From positions 30,070,001 through 30,134,000 of the forward strand of contig OZ024757.1 of the NCBI GenBank assembly GCA_964016885.1: DNA of 64,000 nucleotides, given 5' to 3'. Under the pieces are notes generated by a model. The model was not told where the DNA came from. It saw nothing but the letters and a program-made list of their open reading frames with translations, and searched no databases. The DNA comes from Eledone cirrhosa. Taxonomy: Eukaryota. The translations under genes were made by a program, and so were the position numbers. Numbering within the stretch: the stretch's first letter is position 1; each line of letters opens with the position of its first letter. Of the stretch, positions 28,266-41,603 are shown one piece after another.

Positions 28266-29632
28266 AACAAAGAAAGTGGGGTAAGGAACCAGGTGGACTA
28301 TAACGCACCAGAGTACTCGATACTTAGGTAGAGTTGGTAATAGGAAAAGAGTCAGGACCCCGACGGCTGAGCTCCGGCTGTTTCGACAGCTAGATCCGAA
28401 CTGACCAGTAGTATTAGGACGGCAGGGACTTAGCTGAACTAGGGTACAGTCTATATATGGGCATGCAATCAAAACACAGTGAAGGTATCATATCAAACAA
28501 TCGTAAAAATTGTTGTTTTTCTTTTCTGTCACGGGGAGTGGTCAATGATTTGGGGATGCCATAGTTAAATTCCTTCAAAGCGGCGGGGATGGGGTGGCTG
28601 AACTTGCCTGTGGAACAAAGGGGAGGGAGTAAGATGACATTCCGACCTGTGGATGCGGGGGCGGTCATGCGTTAAGAGAGAATTCTTTACAGCTATCTCT
28701 AATGGAGGTAAAATCATCATATGAGAATCAAGGAATGTTGTAGAGTGAAATTGAGTATGCCAGTCTAACATTTGGCTAAAGAGCAAAGCATATAGGAGTT
28801 AATACTAATTAAATTCCTAATTAATAAAATTTAGTTATTAGTTACTCTAATGCACTGGAACGGCACCTCAATGTAGTAATTTACCAATATTATCTTCCAT
28901 AATGATACACCCATAAAAAAGACCATGGCTGTGTGTTCGGCTGGTACTATGTATATTTAACAAGAGTGAAAATATTTGGGTTAACCTAAGGAAGAATGGA
29001 AACTGAATATAATAGTGTAGATATGCAAAGATCCACCTAAGTGTAGTTAGAGTGTGTAACTAATGAAGAAAAAAAATGTATCTTGGTGTTGGTAATACCG
29101 GGTCTTAAAATCGCAAGCAGTTAATCCGATGTAGGCCTTGCTGGAGCTTTCCGTCCTCACGTTGCACTGGTTGACCACGTTTCGTTCTCGGCATCTATTG
29201 TTGAGGGGGCACGATGGTCTATCCAGACAGTTACACCTCCTAGTTTGCTCATTGCTAATATCATTGTTGTTTCTCCTGTTAGAGAGGAGCTTTTTGTTGT
29301 TAGATGAAGCGATGTTTTGTGCAAAGTTAGGTGTAGTGCTGTAGGAAAGTTTAACAGTGTTTCTGTTGATGATATTGTGGTAGCGGTGTTGGGGTGGGAA
29401 GTGTTCATCGAGAAGTCTAAAGAAGATCTTGCCAATTGGTGTTGCAACCTCGGCATTGTGGGGAGGGTTAGACCACGTTAGGTGGCGTGAGCGGCGGCGT
29501 CGCCTGATGGGTCCGCTAGAAGGGCCTGGATAATATGAAATGTCCTCCCGGAAGCCGCCTCTTTTCAGGGCCTGGTTGTAATATGGCGCGTGTTCGTTGA
29601 AATCTGCTCGTTGGCTGAAAAGGTTATCCCAT
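28266..29632 (-). mobile_element. 5'-truncated Penelope-like (Naiad-like) element: thumb/linker/GIY-YIG fragment, 3'UTR and pLTR tail; duplicate at 59593-60959
   Basis: ORF 29047-29640 (NPPHN..FPPQHRYHNIINRNTVKLSYS..CNCLDRPSCPLNNRC..YIGLTACDFKTRYYQH) is homologous to the PLEs at 49379 and 53715. Confidence 0.8.
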
Positions 29633-29849
29633 GCAATCACTTTGACGTCTTCGAAATACGTATAACATGATTATTTAATAAACAGGATGTAAACTTAAAA
29701 CCGTGGTGTCTGGAGTTCTGTTTGCATGCCAACACGGGAGCAGGAATGAAGGGTTCATACTACTGACATGGCTTTAAAAATGAGGCTTGTATGTATAATG
29801 GCTAACGAATCGAATGTTATTAATATTTGAAAAACTCAGATTACATTTG

Positions 29850-29926
<77 letters not shown>

Positions 29927-30378
29927 GCCACTCTAACCAAGCGTGAAACTAATAATACCTTATAACATTCACTCCTGCGTTTGTCTGTTTTTTGTTTTAG
30001 GTTATTTCGAACTATATATATACGGTAATGTCGCTATCTTATGTTACTCGGATGTCTAAACGTCGTTATTCCGAAATCTGCACCAGTATCAGGTTTGTCC
30101 AGGGGCAAAAATAAATTAATAAAATATATCAAAAAATAAAAACTAATGGCAAAAGTAAAAATCAATCAAAAAATCTTTCAATAATCAATTTTAGAAATTT
30201 TATTTCGTTTCATGTAAATAATGAATATATATGCTGAATCAGCGTATATTACATTTAAGCTATAATTAGTATAGATATCATTATGGATTGTTTGTTTGTT
30301 TTTTTTAATTAAAAGCCTTCGCTGTGAAAAATGTAGTTATATCTACATTAAATTTTGTATAAATATCTGATTTTATTA

Positions 30379-30463
30379 TTATTTACGTGGAAGAGAAAAG
30401 CTGCAATCCACCTTCTTTCCATTCAGGTAAAAGTCGAAGAAACAGCCATTGCAATAGTTGGGT
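30379..30463 (-). CDS. Gene 2, exon B of the last module: (R)PNYCNGCFFDFYLNGKKVDCSFSLP(RK*)
   Basis: Acceptor ttttcattgcAG; ends either at donor CAC|GTAAAT (exon end 30387) or by read-through to TAA at 30381-30379. Confidence 0.75.
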
Positions 30464-30492
30464 CTGCAATGAAAATCGAGAAAATTAATATA

Positions 30493-30664
30493 CAGTGAAA
30501 ATCCGTTATGACGATATTCACGGAGTATAAAAGAAATTCGTACCAACGTATATTTCTTTATCGCGAGATCAACAGAAAACAAATCGAGATTTGTTTGTTA
30601 TTACCTCGGGGATTGAAAAAAATCTCATTATACTGAAAAATTCGTTATGATGGAATTTTACCTG
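30493..30664. mobile_element. pogo/Tc1-like MITE with imperfect TIRs and TA flanks, in the B-A intron of every module
   Basis: TA|CAGTGAAAATCCGTTATGACGA ... TCGTTATGATGGAATTTTACCTG|TA. Confidence 0.6.
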
Positions 30665-30905
30665 TAGTAGGAATCTGAAACACGGAAGTAGCTGTAAAAC
30701 ATTCCCATTCCTATTTTAGGCGACGAATAACCAAAGTCGTTAGAACGCTGAATGGAATGTTTTGTGGTATTCGTTCTGAGTTCAAATCCCATTCGAGGTC
30801 AAATTTGCTTTTCATTCTTTCAGTGTTCAATTGCAGAGAATTCATTTTTAGAGGGGAGCATATTGTTGATTTAACCATTAAATTATTTTATTTTATTTTA
30901 CTCAC

Positions 30906-30984
30906 CTGCATACGGCCTTTGGATACTTCGGACATGTTTGAAAGCGACAAGGGTTAACAAAGCATTGTACATAATTGCATTTTG
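30906..30984 (-). CDS. Gene 2, exon A: KCNYVQCFVNPCRFQTCPKYPKAVC
   Basis: tttttatttcAG / GTGAGT, 79 nt, phase 1->2. Confidence 0.8.
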
Positions 30985-31036
30985 CTGAAATAAAAAATAT
31001 ATTATATATATATATATATGTATGCATAAACATATA

Positions 31037-31115
<79 letters not shown>

Positions 31116-31122
31116 ATGTGTC

Positions 31123-31174
<52 letters not shown>

Positions 31175-31191
31175 GGAGTATACATATATAG

Positions 31192-31244
<53 letters not shown>

Positions 31245-31439
31245 ATTTATTATATCTATATGTATGCATAAACATATATATGTGGGGGGAGTATGTGCGT
31301 GTCTATCCCGGGTCCAATCGGATGTAACCACGATTAGTAAGGTACTCAATACATAGTAGAGTATATAATGTGCTTTCCTTGTTATTTCCTTCGAATGAAA
31401 TAGTGCTAGTCCTGTAGAAGCTATTTCTATATTAAACAT

Positions 31440-31470
<31 letters not shown>

Positions 31471-31545
31471 AAGAAGGTGTAGTAAGATATCGGGTGGACC
31501 ATAATGCACCAGAGTACTCAATACTTAGGTTAGTAGAGTGGGTAA

Positions 31546-31675
31546 TAGGAAAAGAGTCAGGACTCTGACGGCTGAGCTTTGGCCGTCTCGACAGCTAGAT
31601 CCGAACTCCGATGTTCGGGTCTAGCTGACGAAACGGCCGGAGCTCAGCCGTCTGAGGTCCTGATTCTTTTCCTAT
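31546..31675. repeat. Imperfect ~60-bp-arm hairpin of a pLTR tail; copies at 33625, 35647 and 62904
   Basis: TAGGAAAAGAGTCAGGAC..CAGCTAGATCCGAAC tccgat GTTCGGGTCTAGCTG..GTCCTGATTCTTTTCCTA. Confidence 0.8.
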
Positions 31676-31681
31676 ATATAG

Positions 31682-31712
<31 letters not shown>

Positions 31713-31857
31713 GATAGATATAAATTTTTCTAAGAGGTTCCTCACTGAGATTGAACCCCAGACTAACAACTCCACCGTCTCTAACAGCTACCACTAGTCC
31801 AACGAAACAGCTACATTACTCCAGTAGCATATCAAAAGCAAAAATGCCACAATATTC

Positions 31858-31922
31858 CACCTGTCTGAAGAGAACACACAAAAGCAATCACTTTGACGTC
31901 TTCGAAATACGTATAACAAGAT
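31858..31922 (+). ncRNA. Hammerhead motif in the tandem units (also ~33958, ~35956, ~63221; 3' halves at 29632 and 60959)
   Basis: cctgt CTGAAGA gaac..cttc GAAA tacgta TA acaag; palindromic stem III ATACGTAT. Confidence 0.6.
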
Positions 31923-31971
31923 TATTTAATAAACAGAGGATGTACACGTAAAATCGTCTCCCTTCTTTATA

Positions 31972-32004
<33 letters not shown>

Positions 32005-32412
32005 CATAATACGGTAATGCCGCTGTCTTATGTTACCCGGATGTCTAAACGTCGTTATTCCGAAGTCTACACCAGTTTCAGGTTTGGCCAGGGGCAAAAA
32101 TAAATTAATAAAATATATTAAAAAATAAACAGTAATGGCAAAAATAAAAACGAATCAAAAAAATCTTTCAATGATGAATTTTAGATATGTTATTTTGTTT
32201 CATGTAAATAATAAATATATATGCTGAATCAGCGTATATTTGATTGAAGCTATATTTAGTATAGATATCATTATGGATTGTTTGTTTGTTTGTTTGTTTG
32301 TTTGTTTGTTTGTTTGTTTGTTTGTTTGTTTTAATTAAAAGCCTTCGCTGTGAAAAAATGTGGTTTTATCTGCATTAAATTTTGTATAAATATCTGATTT
32401 ATTATTATTTAC

Positions 32413-32489
32413 GTGGAGGAGAAAGGCTGCAATCCACCTTCTTTCCATTCAGGTAAAAGTCGAAGAAACAGCCATTGCAGTAGTTGGGT
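32413..32489 (-). CDS. Gene 2, exon B: PNYCNGCFFDFYLNGKKVDCSLSPP
   Basis: 77 nt, phase 2->1, AG / GTAAAT. Confidence 0.75.
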
Positions 32490-32931
32490 CTGCAATGAAA
32501 ATCGAGAAAATTAATATACAGTGAAATTCCGTTATGACGATATTCACGGAGTATAAAAGAAATTCGTACCAACCTATATTTCTTTATCGCGAGATCAACA
32601 GAAAACAAATCGAGATTTGTTTGTTATTACCTCGGGGATTGAAAAAAATCTCATTATACTGAAAAATTCGTTATGATGGAATTTTACCTGTAGTAGGAAT
32701 CTGAAACACGGAAGTAGCTGTAAAACATTCCCATTCCTATTTTAGGCGACGAATAACCAAAGTCGTTAGAACGCTGAATGGAATGTTTTGTGGTATTCGT
32801 TCTGAGTTCAAATCCCATTCGAGGTCAAATTTGCTTTTCATTCTTTCAGTGTTCAATTGCAGAGAATTCATTTTTAGAGGGGAGCATATTGTTGATTTAA
32901 CCATTAAATTATTTTATTTTATTTTACTCAC

Positions 32932-33010
32932 CTGCATACGGCCTTTGGATACTTCGGACATGTTTGAAAGCGACAAGGGTTAAAAAAGCATTGTACATAA
33001 TTGCATTTTG
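32932..33010 (-). CDS. Gene 2, exon A: KCNYVQCFFNPCRFQTCPKYPKAVC
   Basis: 79 nt, AG / GTGAGT. Confidence 0.8.
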
Positions 33011-33060
33011 CTGAAATAAAAAATAGATTATATATATATATATGTATGCATAAACATATA

Positions 33061-33115
<55 letters not shown>

Positions 33116-33122
33116 ATGTGTC

Positions 33123-33184
<62 letters not shown>

Positions 33185-33213
33185 GGAGTATACATATATA
33201 GATATGTGTGTGT

Positions 33214-33290
<77 letters not shown>

Positions 33291-33479
33291 ATTATATCTA
33301 TATGTATGCATAAACATATATATGTGGGGGGAGTATGTGCGTGTCTATCCCGGGTCCAATCGGATGTAACCACGATTAGTAAGGTACTCAATACATAGTA
33401 GAGTATATAATGTGCTTTCCTTGTTATTTCCTTCGAATGAAATAGTGCTAGTCCTGTAGAAGCTATTTCTATATTGAAC

Positions 33480-33550
<71 letters not shown>

Positions 33551-33757
33551 AAGAAGGTGTAGTAAGATATCGGGTGGACCATAATGCACCAGAGTACTCA
33601 ATACTTAGGTTAGTAGAGTGGGTAATAGGAAAAGAGTCAGGACTCTGACGGCTGAACTTTGGCCGTCTCGACAGCTAGATCCGAACTCCGATGTTCGGGT
33701 CTAGCTGACGAAACGGCCGGAGCTCAGCCGTCTGGGGTCCTGATTCTTTTCCTATAT

Positions 33758-33820
<63 letters not shown>

Positions 33821-34071
33821 TAAATTTTTCTAAGAGGTTCCTCACTGAGATTGAACCCCAGACTAACAACTCCACCGTCTCTAACAGCTATCACTAGTCC
33901 AACGAAACAGCTACATAACTCCAGTAGCATATCAAAAGCAAAAATGCCACAATATTCCACCTGTCTGAAGAGAACACACAAAAGCAATCACTTTGACGTC
34001 TTCGAAATACGTATAACAAGATTATTTAATAAACAGAGGATGTACACTTAAAATCGTCTCCCTTCTTTATA

Positions 34072-34123
<52 letters not shown>

Positions 34124-34507
34124 ATAATACGGTAATGTCGCTGTCTTATGTTACCCGGATGTCTAAACGTCGTTATTCCGAAGTCTACACCAGTATCAGG
34201 TTTGGCCAGGGGCAAAAATAAATTAATAAAATATATTAAAAAATAAAAAGTAATGGCAAAAATAAAAACGAATCAAAAAAATCTTTCAATGATGAATTTT
34301 AGATATGTTATTTTGTTTCATGTAAATAATAAATATATATGCTGAATCAGCGTATATTTGATTGAAGCTATATTTAGTATAGATATCATTATGGATTGTT
34401 TGTTTGTTTGTTTGTTTGTTTGTTTTAATTAAAAGCCTTCGCTGTGAAAAAATGTAGTTATATCTACATTAAATTTTGTATAAATATCTGATTTTATTAT
34501 TATTTAC

Positions 34508-34584
34508 GTGGAGGAGAAAGGCTGCAATCCACCTTCTTTCCATTCAGGTAAAAGTCGAAGAAACAGCCATTGCAGTAGTTGGGT
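34508..34584 (-). CDS. Gene 2, exon B
   Basis: 77 nt, AG / GTAAAT. Confidence 0.75.
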
Positions 34585-35031
34585 CTGCAATGAAAATCGA
34601 GAAAATTAATATACAGTGAAACTCCGTTATGACGATATTCACGGAGTATAAAAGAAATTCGTACCAACCTATATTTCTTTATCGCGAGATCAACAGAAAA
34701 CAAATCGAGATTTGTTTGTTATTACCTCGGGGATTGAAAAAAATCTCATTATACTGAAAAATTCGTTATGATGGAATTTTACCTGTAGTAGGAATCTGAA
34801 ACACGGAAGTAGCTGTAAAACATTCCCATTCCTATTTTAGGCGACGAATAACCAAAGTCGTTAGAACGCTGAATGGAATGTTTTGTGGTATTCGTTCTGA
34901 GTTCAAATCCCATTCGAGGTCAAATTTGCTTTTCATTCTTTAAGTGTTCAATTGCAGAGAATTCATTTTTAGAGGGGAGCATATTGTTGATTTAACCAAT
35001 AAATTATTTTATTTTATTTTATTTTACTCAC

Positions 35032-35110
35032 CTGCATACGGCCTTTGGATACTTCGGACATGTTTGAAAGCGACAAGGGTTATCACGGCATCGTACATAG
35101 ATGCATTTCG
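35032..35110 (-). CDS. Gene 2, exon A: KCIYVRCRDNPCRFQTCPKYPKAVC
   Basis: 79 nt, AG / GTGAGT. Confidence 0.8.
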
Positions 35111-35160
35111 CTGAAATAAAAAATATATTATATATATATATATGTATGCATAAACATATA

Positions 35161-35213
<53 letters not shown>

Positions 35214-35220
35214 ATGTGTC

Positions 35221-35270
<50 letters not shown>

Positions 35271-35290
35271 GGAGTATACATATATAGATA

Positions 35291-35328
<38 letters not shown>

Positions 35329-35521
35329 ATTTATTATATCTATATGTATGCATAAACATATATATGTGGGGGGAGTATGTGCGTGTCTATCCCGGGTCCA
35401 ATCGGATGTAACCACGATTAGTAAGGTACTCAATACATAGTAGAGTATATAATGTGCTTTCCTTGTTATTTCCTTCGAATGAAATAGTGCTAGTCCTGTA
35501 GAAGCTATTTCTATATTGAAC

Positions 35522-35572
<51 letters not shown>

Positions 35573-35775
35573 AAGAAGGTGTAGTAAGATATCGGGTGGA
35601 CCATAATGCACCAGAGTACTCAATACTTAGGTTAGTAGAGTGGGTAATAGGAAAAGAGTCAGGACTCTGACGGCTGAACTTTGGCCGTCTCGACAGCTAG
35701 ATCCGAACTCCGATGTTCGGGTCTAGCTGACGAAACGGCCGGAGCTCAGCCGTCTGGGGTCCTGATTCTTTTCCT

Positions 35776-35818
<43 letters not shown>

Positions 35819-36069
35819 TAAATTTTTCTAAGAGGTTCCTCACTGAGATTGAACCCCAGACTAACAACTCCACCGTCTCTAACAGCTACCACTAGTCCAA
35901 CGAAACAGCTACATAACTCCAGTAGCATATCAAAAGCAAAAATGCCACAATATTCCACCTGTCTGAAGAGAACACACAAAAGCAATCACTTTGACGTCTT
36001 CGAAATACGTATAACAAGATTATTTAATAAACAGAGGATGTACACTTAAAATTGTCTCCCTTCTTTATA

Positions 36070-36139
<70 letters not shown>

Positions 36140-36518
36140 ATAATACGGTAATGTCGCTGTCTTATGTTACCCGGATGTCTAAACGTCGTTATTCCGAAGT
36201 CTACACCAGTATCAGGTTTGGCCAGGGCAAAAATAAATTAATAAAATATATTAAAAAATAAAAAGTAATGGCAAAAATAAAAACGAATCAAAAAAATCTT
36301 TCAATGATGAATTTTAGATATGTTATTTTGTTTCATGTAAATAATAAATATATATGCTGAATCAGCGTATATTTGATTGAAGCTATATTTAGTATAGATA
36401 TCATTATGGATTGTTTGTTTGTTTGTTTGTTTGTTTTAATTAAAAGCCTTCGCTGTGAAAAAATGTGGTTTTATCTGCATTAAATTTTGTATAAATATCT
36501 GATTTTATTATTATTTAC

Positions 36519-36595
36519 GTGGAGGAGAAAGGCTGCAATCCACCTTCTTTCCATTCAGGTAAAAGTCGAAGAAACAGCCATTGCAGTAGTTGGGT
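36519..36595 (-). CDS. Gene 2, exon B
   Basis: 77 nt, AG / GTAAAT. Confidence 0.75.
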
Positions 36596-37037
36596 CTGCA
36601 ATGAAAATCGAGAAAATTAATATACAGTGAAATTCCGTTATGACGATATTCACGGAGTATAAAAGAAATTCGTACCAACCTATATTTCTTTATCGCGAGA
36701 TCAACAGAAAACAAATCGAGATTTGTTTGTTATTACCTCGGGGATTGAAAAAAATCTCATTATACTGAAAAATTCGTTATGATGGAATTTTACCTGTAGT
36801 AGGAATCTGAAACACGGAAGTAGCTGTAAAACATTCCCATTCCTATTTTAGGCGACGAATAACCAAAGTCGTTAGAACGCTGAATGGAATGTTTTGTGGT
36901 ATTCGTTCTGAGTTCAAATCCCATTCGAGGTCAAATTTGCTTTTCATTCTTTCAGTGTTCAATTGCAGAGAATTCATTTTTAGAGGGGAGCATATTGTTG
37001 ATTTAACCATTAAATTATTTTATTTTATTTTACTCAC

Positions 37038-37116
37038 CTGCATACGGCCTTTGGATACTTCGGACATGTTTGAAAGCGACAAGGGTTAACAAGGCATTGT
37101 ACATAATTGCATTTTG
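37038..37116 (-). CDS. Gene 2, exon A of the first module: KCNYVQCLVNPCRFQTCPKYPKAVC
   Basis: 79 nt, AG / GTGAGT. Confidence 0.8.
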
Positions 37117-37478
37117 CTGAAATAAAAAATATATTATATATATATATATATGTATGCATAAACATATATGCGTGTGTGTGTGCATGTGTCTGTGTGTGTA
37201 CATATATATATATATATGTGTGTGTGTGAGTATACATATATATGTGTGTGTGTATGTTTGTGTGTATATATATATATATAATTTATTATATCTATATGTA
37301 TGCATAAACATATATATGTGGGCGGGGGGGAGTATGTGCGTGTCTATCCCGGGTCCAATCGGATGTAACCACGATTAGTAAGGTACTCAATACATAGTAG
37401 AGTATATAATGTGCTTTCCTTGTTATTTCCTTCGAATGAAATAGTGCTAGTCCTGTAGAAGCTATTTCTATATTAAAC

Positions 37479-37528
<50 letters not shown>

Positions 37529-37531
<3 letters not shown>

Positions 37532-38017
37532 TGGCTGCCAACTCGTTTTCGAGTACGGCCACTACTTTATATCCATGTAGGAGAACCCCTACCGATGCGC
37601 TGAACGAGTGTGACTTTTTAGTCCAGCCAGCGACTTGAAAACTCTGGTACAAACACTACACTTGTGACAATTATTGACACATAGTGCTGGGCCCATGGGA
37701 CCATGTGACGAGAAGTGCAGAGAGATCTCCAGATATAAAGCAATGCCTGTGCCGTGAAGCTTTTATAGTGAGCAAAGGCACTGCACAAAGCCAGTCCCAC
37801 TCTCTTAACCAAGATGATATTTACCAAAAAGAAGAACAAGTCAACATCATTGGATACCATCAGGGTTGCAGGTGTTATATCAGAGTTTTCCTTCTCCTAG
37901 AATTCTGCCTTGACAAAGGCTAAGGGGTCATCTCTCCCAGTGATTTTGGATGGCCATTGACTCTTAAGAGCTCCTTTGCCCTTTGACAGGTTTTGTTTTT
38001 AGTCCTGCAGGATGTCC

Positions 38018-38018
<1 letters not shown>
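37529..38018 (-). mobile_element. Probable 5'UTR fragment of an RTE-clade element inserted in (TA)n
   Basis: Reverse complement ..AGCCTTTGTCAAGGCAGAATTCTAGGAGAAGGAAAACTCTGA resembles the RTE 5'UTR motif (recalled). Confidence 0.4.
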
Positions 38019-38050
<32 letters not shown>

Positions 38051-38798
38051 GTTCAAGAATAACCAATCTTAAAGAGAGAGATGGAGATAGGAGAGGAGAG
38101 ATATGAGAGGAGAGATTGGTGAATTAGTTAGAAGCCAAAGCGTAAAGGCATGTGCTCAATGTGCAATATGCAGTAGAAAGCAGCTAGGTGGCTGGGGACA
38201 TAGATTAGTCATCATAGAGTGTTTTCTATATATATCAGCGTATCGTTTTTTTTATTCCGTGGTCATTCTGCAGATAAAAATCGATAGGGGAGGGGTCACC
38301 TTTTTTTAAGTATCGAAACTTCGGCTCCACTTCACACATAAATCAATTTATTTGGTTCAACTTTTATACTACGATAGAACCTATCATTGCACATCTTATA
38401 GATGGTCAAAGGCAAAACGATGGTCATTACCTCCCTCCTCCAGCATGCCCCTTCGTCAGTCACCCACGTTTCTCAGTGATAGAGGTCATCATCACCCTCC
38501 CACGCATGGCCTGTGTGTGGGCATAGATGAGTCATCGAGAAGCAGTCGCTAAGATCAACACCTTTTCATCAAAGCAGATATTAATTTACCTACCCAGGCA
38601 ACGCTGAGTACTGCTGCTAGTATATATATAAAACAAAGAAGGTGCAGTAAGATACCAGGTGGACCATAATGCACCAGAGTACTCGATACATAGGGTAGTA
38701 GAGTGGGTAATAGGAAAAGAATCAGGACCCCGACGGCTGAGCTCCGAATTCAGATGTTCGGATCTAGGTGTCGAAACGGTCGGGGTCCTGCCTCTTTT

Positions 38799-38910
<112 letters not shown>

Positions 38911-40029
38911 GAGAGAATTTAACATGTCTCTAACAAAATTTTTGCTTTACAAATAATCTCTCTCTACCTCTCTCCACCCTTCTCTAACTCCTTCTCTCTC
39001 TCTCTCTATCTCTCTATCTCTCTCTCTCTCCCTATCTATCTTTCTCTCTTTCTATCCCTCCCTTTCCATTTCACTCATTCTTATTACGCTGGAAACTCCT
39101 TATCTTAATCGCACAGAGATTTCACAGCTGGGTCATATTATCCCATAGCCTGGCAAATGATATCCCATGGCCTGGCCCATGGGCTTTTAGATATTTCGAG
39201 CAGCTTTTCAGGCTCTTCGATAATTCAACCCCACTGCAGTAAAAAACGCATTGACATATCTTTAGTCTCTGCAGAACCCCTACGCTTCAGCCTTATCAAT
39301 AACACGACCCTGATGCTTACGTGAAACAACCATGACGCATTTGACTTAAAAGACCGATGTTATCTATGGATTTCCTCAGCATCCGTCACCACCACCACCA
39401 CTACCACAGCCGCGGCACACATCTCCTCCTAAACCGTACGTTCAAATTTCGGTGAAATCGCTACACTCATAGATGAAGATCCGGTGAAGACATCGGTCAA
39501 AAAAATTTTCAAATCGACCCACGCCAAGTGCAAAAATCGAATTTGTAATGTATTGATTTTTCAGTTCAAATGTATAAATAGAGATGAGAGACGAGTTATT
39601 TCCCTTTTATGGCGTCATTTGCTTATCTATTTACGTTACGTATAAACGACGCGGTCGACCGAGAAGAACAATTTCATGCAAAGACAAGACCAAGTTTATG
39701 GTGTAAATGGAGTCGTTAGACTAATATTCTATTTAAAATAACCGAATGATTTACAGCCCCGGAGTTTAAGAATGATGTAAATAAAAGATGTAAACGAAAG
39801 TGACGGGTTATTAAAATAGTTGTTTCTACTTTTGGGACAAGGCCAGCAAATACCCAGTACATTACTGGTACTTTATTTTATCGACCCCCGTAAGGATGAA
39901 AGGCAAAGTTAACCTCGATGGGATTTTAACTTTGGCTTAACATAGTAAAAGTAAATAGTGAAGATTTAGGCCAGTACATACGTATGGGCCCACGAATATA
40001 CACATACATATACATACGCACACACAAAT

Positions 40030-40099
<70 letters not shown>

Positions 40100-40102
40100 A
40101 CA

Positions 40103-40147
<45 letters not shown>

Positions 40148-40169
40148 ACGCGCGCGTGTGTGTAATCCT

Positions 40170-40596
40170 TATGCATTTCTACAGTATTTTGACCAAACTT
40201 AAGACATAGGTTACTTATGTACTCCGGATAGTCGTGGGAACTTTCATTTTTCCAGATATTGATTATAGGGCCTCCCGGCAGATAACCCCATTTAACCACT
40301 TCCTTGGAGTCGACTGAAGCACTGCAGTGCAATGCAACAAAACGTTATAACTTCTGGAGTTCACAACCGATTTTCACAAAACTTGACACATGGGCTATGT
40401 TTGTTCTACAGATGAATGTGAACTCTCAGAATTGGCATATATTGAGTAGGGGACTGTTAGGGGCAGGAACCCCCTTTTGGAAAAAGCCGATGATTTTGTA
40501 AAAGTATAGTTTTCGAAGCAGCACTGAAGTATTGACATAAATGGTATGCATAACTGCTATTTAATACATAAGCAACGCCGGGTACCTCTGCTAGTA
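40170..40596 (+). mobile_element. Helitron-like non-autonomous fragment; similar 3' end at 38590-38621
   Basis: Ends GCAACGCCGGGTACCTCTG-CTAG|T; the other copy ends CCCAGGCAACGCTGAGTACTGCTG-CTAG|T. Confidence 0.4.
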
Positions 40597-40887
40597 GAAT
40601 AATATAATATTCATTCAGACATACACGTTATATCCTCATATTTTGAGTGTGTTTGTATTTATTTATATATATAAATATGTGTGTGCAAATGTGTGAGCGT
40701 TTGAGTATAGAGAAAGAAAGAGATAAACACAGAGAAGGAGACATAGATACTAATGTATATAGACATGTGGATAGAGAGAGAGATAGCTGTGTAAATAGAA
40801 TATCAAAATATACGTATATGAATATATTTATGCATATATATGTGTGTGAGAGAGAGCATATATATACATATATATATATATATATAT

Positions 40888-41135
40888 CTAAGGCGGGTAA
40901 AATTCCCGAGATCCATGGACGAGTTCTCTCCAGCGGTCTCTGTCCCTCATTATCGCTGCCATGTCCTGCATCTCCAACAGACCAGTGTCTGTCCTTAGGG
41001 CATCAACATACGTTAACCTTGGTCTTCCTCTTCTAGTGTGTCCATGTAAGGGCTCCCAAAGGAGCACTGAGTGCAATGTCAACTCTGGATGTCGGTGAGC
41101 ATGTCCAGCCAACCTCAGTCTCCTCTGTGTCACTT
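40888..41135 (-). mobile_element. 3' fragment of an RTE/RTE-X LINE ORF in (TA)n
   Basis: RRLRLAGHAHRHPE..LLWEPLHGHTRRGRPRLTYVD..MRDRDRWRELV. Confidence 0.75.
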
Positions 41136-41217
41136 TTATATATATATATATATATTAGAAAGTGAGGTTTTTTTTACAAAATGAAAAATAACCGAGGTGT
41201 CCTACACGAGTGAAAGT

Positions 41218-41514
41218 ATAAAGAAAAAGAGATGAAATCGAAAATGCAACTGGAGTCTTATTTTTTTTTTTTATATATATATTTATTTGGTTCCTTTACC
41301 GGTTTCGCAGTTCTTCTGCTTTTCAAAAGGTGAGTTGAGATGGAGGGTCTGTGGCTTTTCTCACATCTCAGATGTGAGACAAGCCACAGACCCTCCATCT
41401 CAACTCACCTTTTGAAAAGCAGAAGAACTGCGAAACCGGTAAAGGAACCAAATAAATATATATATATTTTTTTTAAATAAGACTCCAGTTGCATTTTCGA
41501 TTTCATCTCTTTTT

Positions 41515-41520
<6 letters not shown>
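41218..41520. ncRNA. Fold-back element (151-bp arms, centre 41369) carrying a U3-A8 variant hammerhead on each strand
   Basis: cctt UUGAAAA gcag aagaa ctgc GAAA ccgg TA aagg at 41408-41445 (+), mirrored on (-); related pieces at ~18160-18200 (-) and 5832-5905. Confidence 0.7.

Positions 41521-41603
<83 letters not shown>

Larger units (their letters stand above)
25995..32650 (+). repeat. Segment duplicated near-identically at ~57510-64000 (offset ~31.3 kb)
   Basis: Identical ORF-track peptides, e.g. 29047/60374, 27984/59311, 31751/63114 and 32405/63753. Confidence 0.9.
30020..37480. repeat. Tandem array of ~2.0-2.1-kb units (about 3.7 copies). Each has coding exons A+B, a MITE and a SINE piece; a pLTR hairpin and hammerhead lie between modules
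   Basis: Matching positions 30379/32405/34500/36511; diverged homologue at 21.4-23.9 kb; further copies from 61.3 kb. Confidence 0.92.

Noticed and set aside
30379-30582. 67-aa ORF MFSVDLAIKK...PRK as a stand-alone gene
   Set aside because: Its N-terminal half lies in the intronic MITE; only 30463-30379, after the AG acceptor, is the real exon.
31751-31951. Repeated 66-aa ORF MNPRLTTPP...
   Set aside because: Non-ATG start, overlaps a pLTR/hammerhead fragment and is repeated only because of the tandem array.
26675-38790. Recurring GGACCATAATGCACCAGAGTACTC blocks as a CRISPR-like array
   Set aside because: Eukaryotic context and irregular spacing; they are 3' tails of the PLE family at 28266-29632.
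39420-39815. CpG-rich segment resembling a DNA transposon end
   Set aside because: No matching TIR or target-site duplication found in the window.
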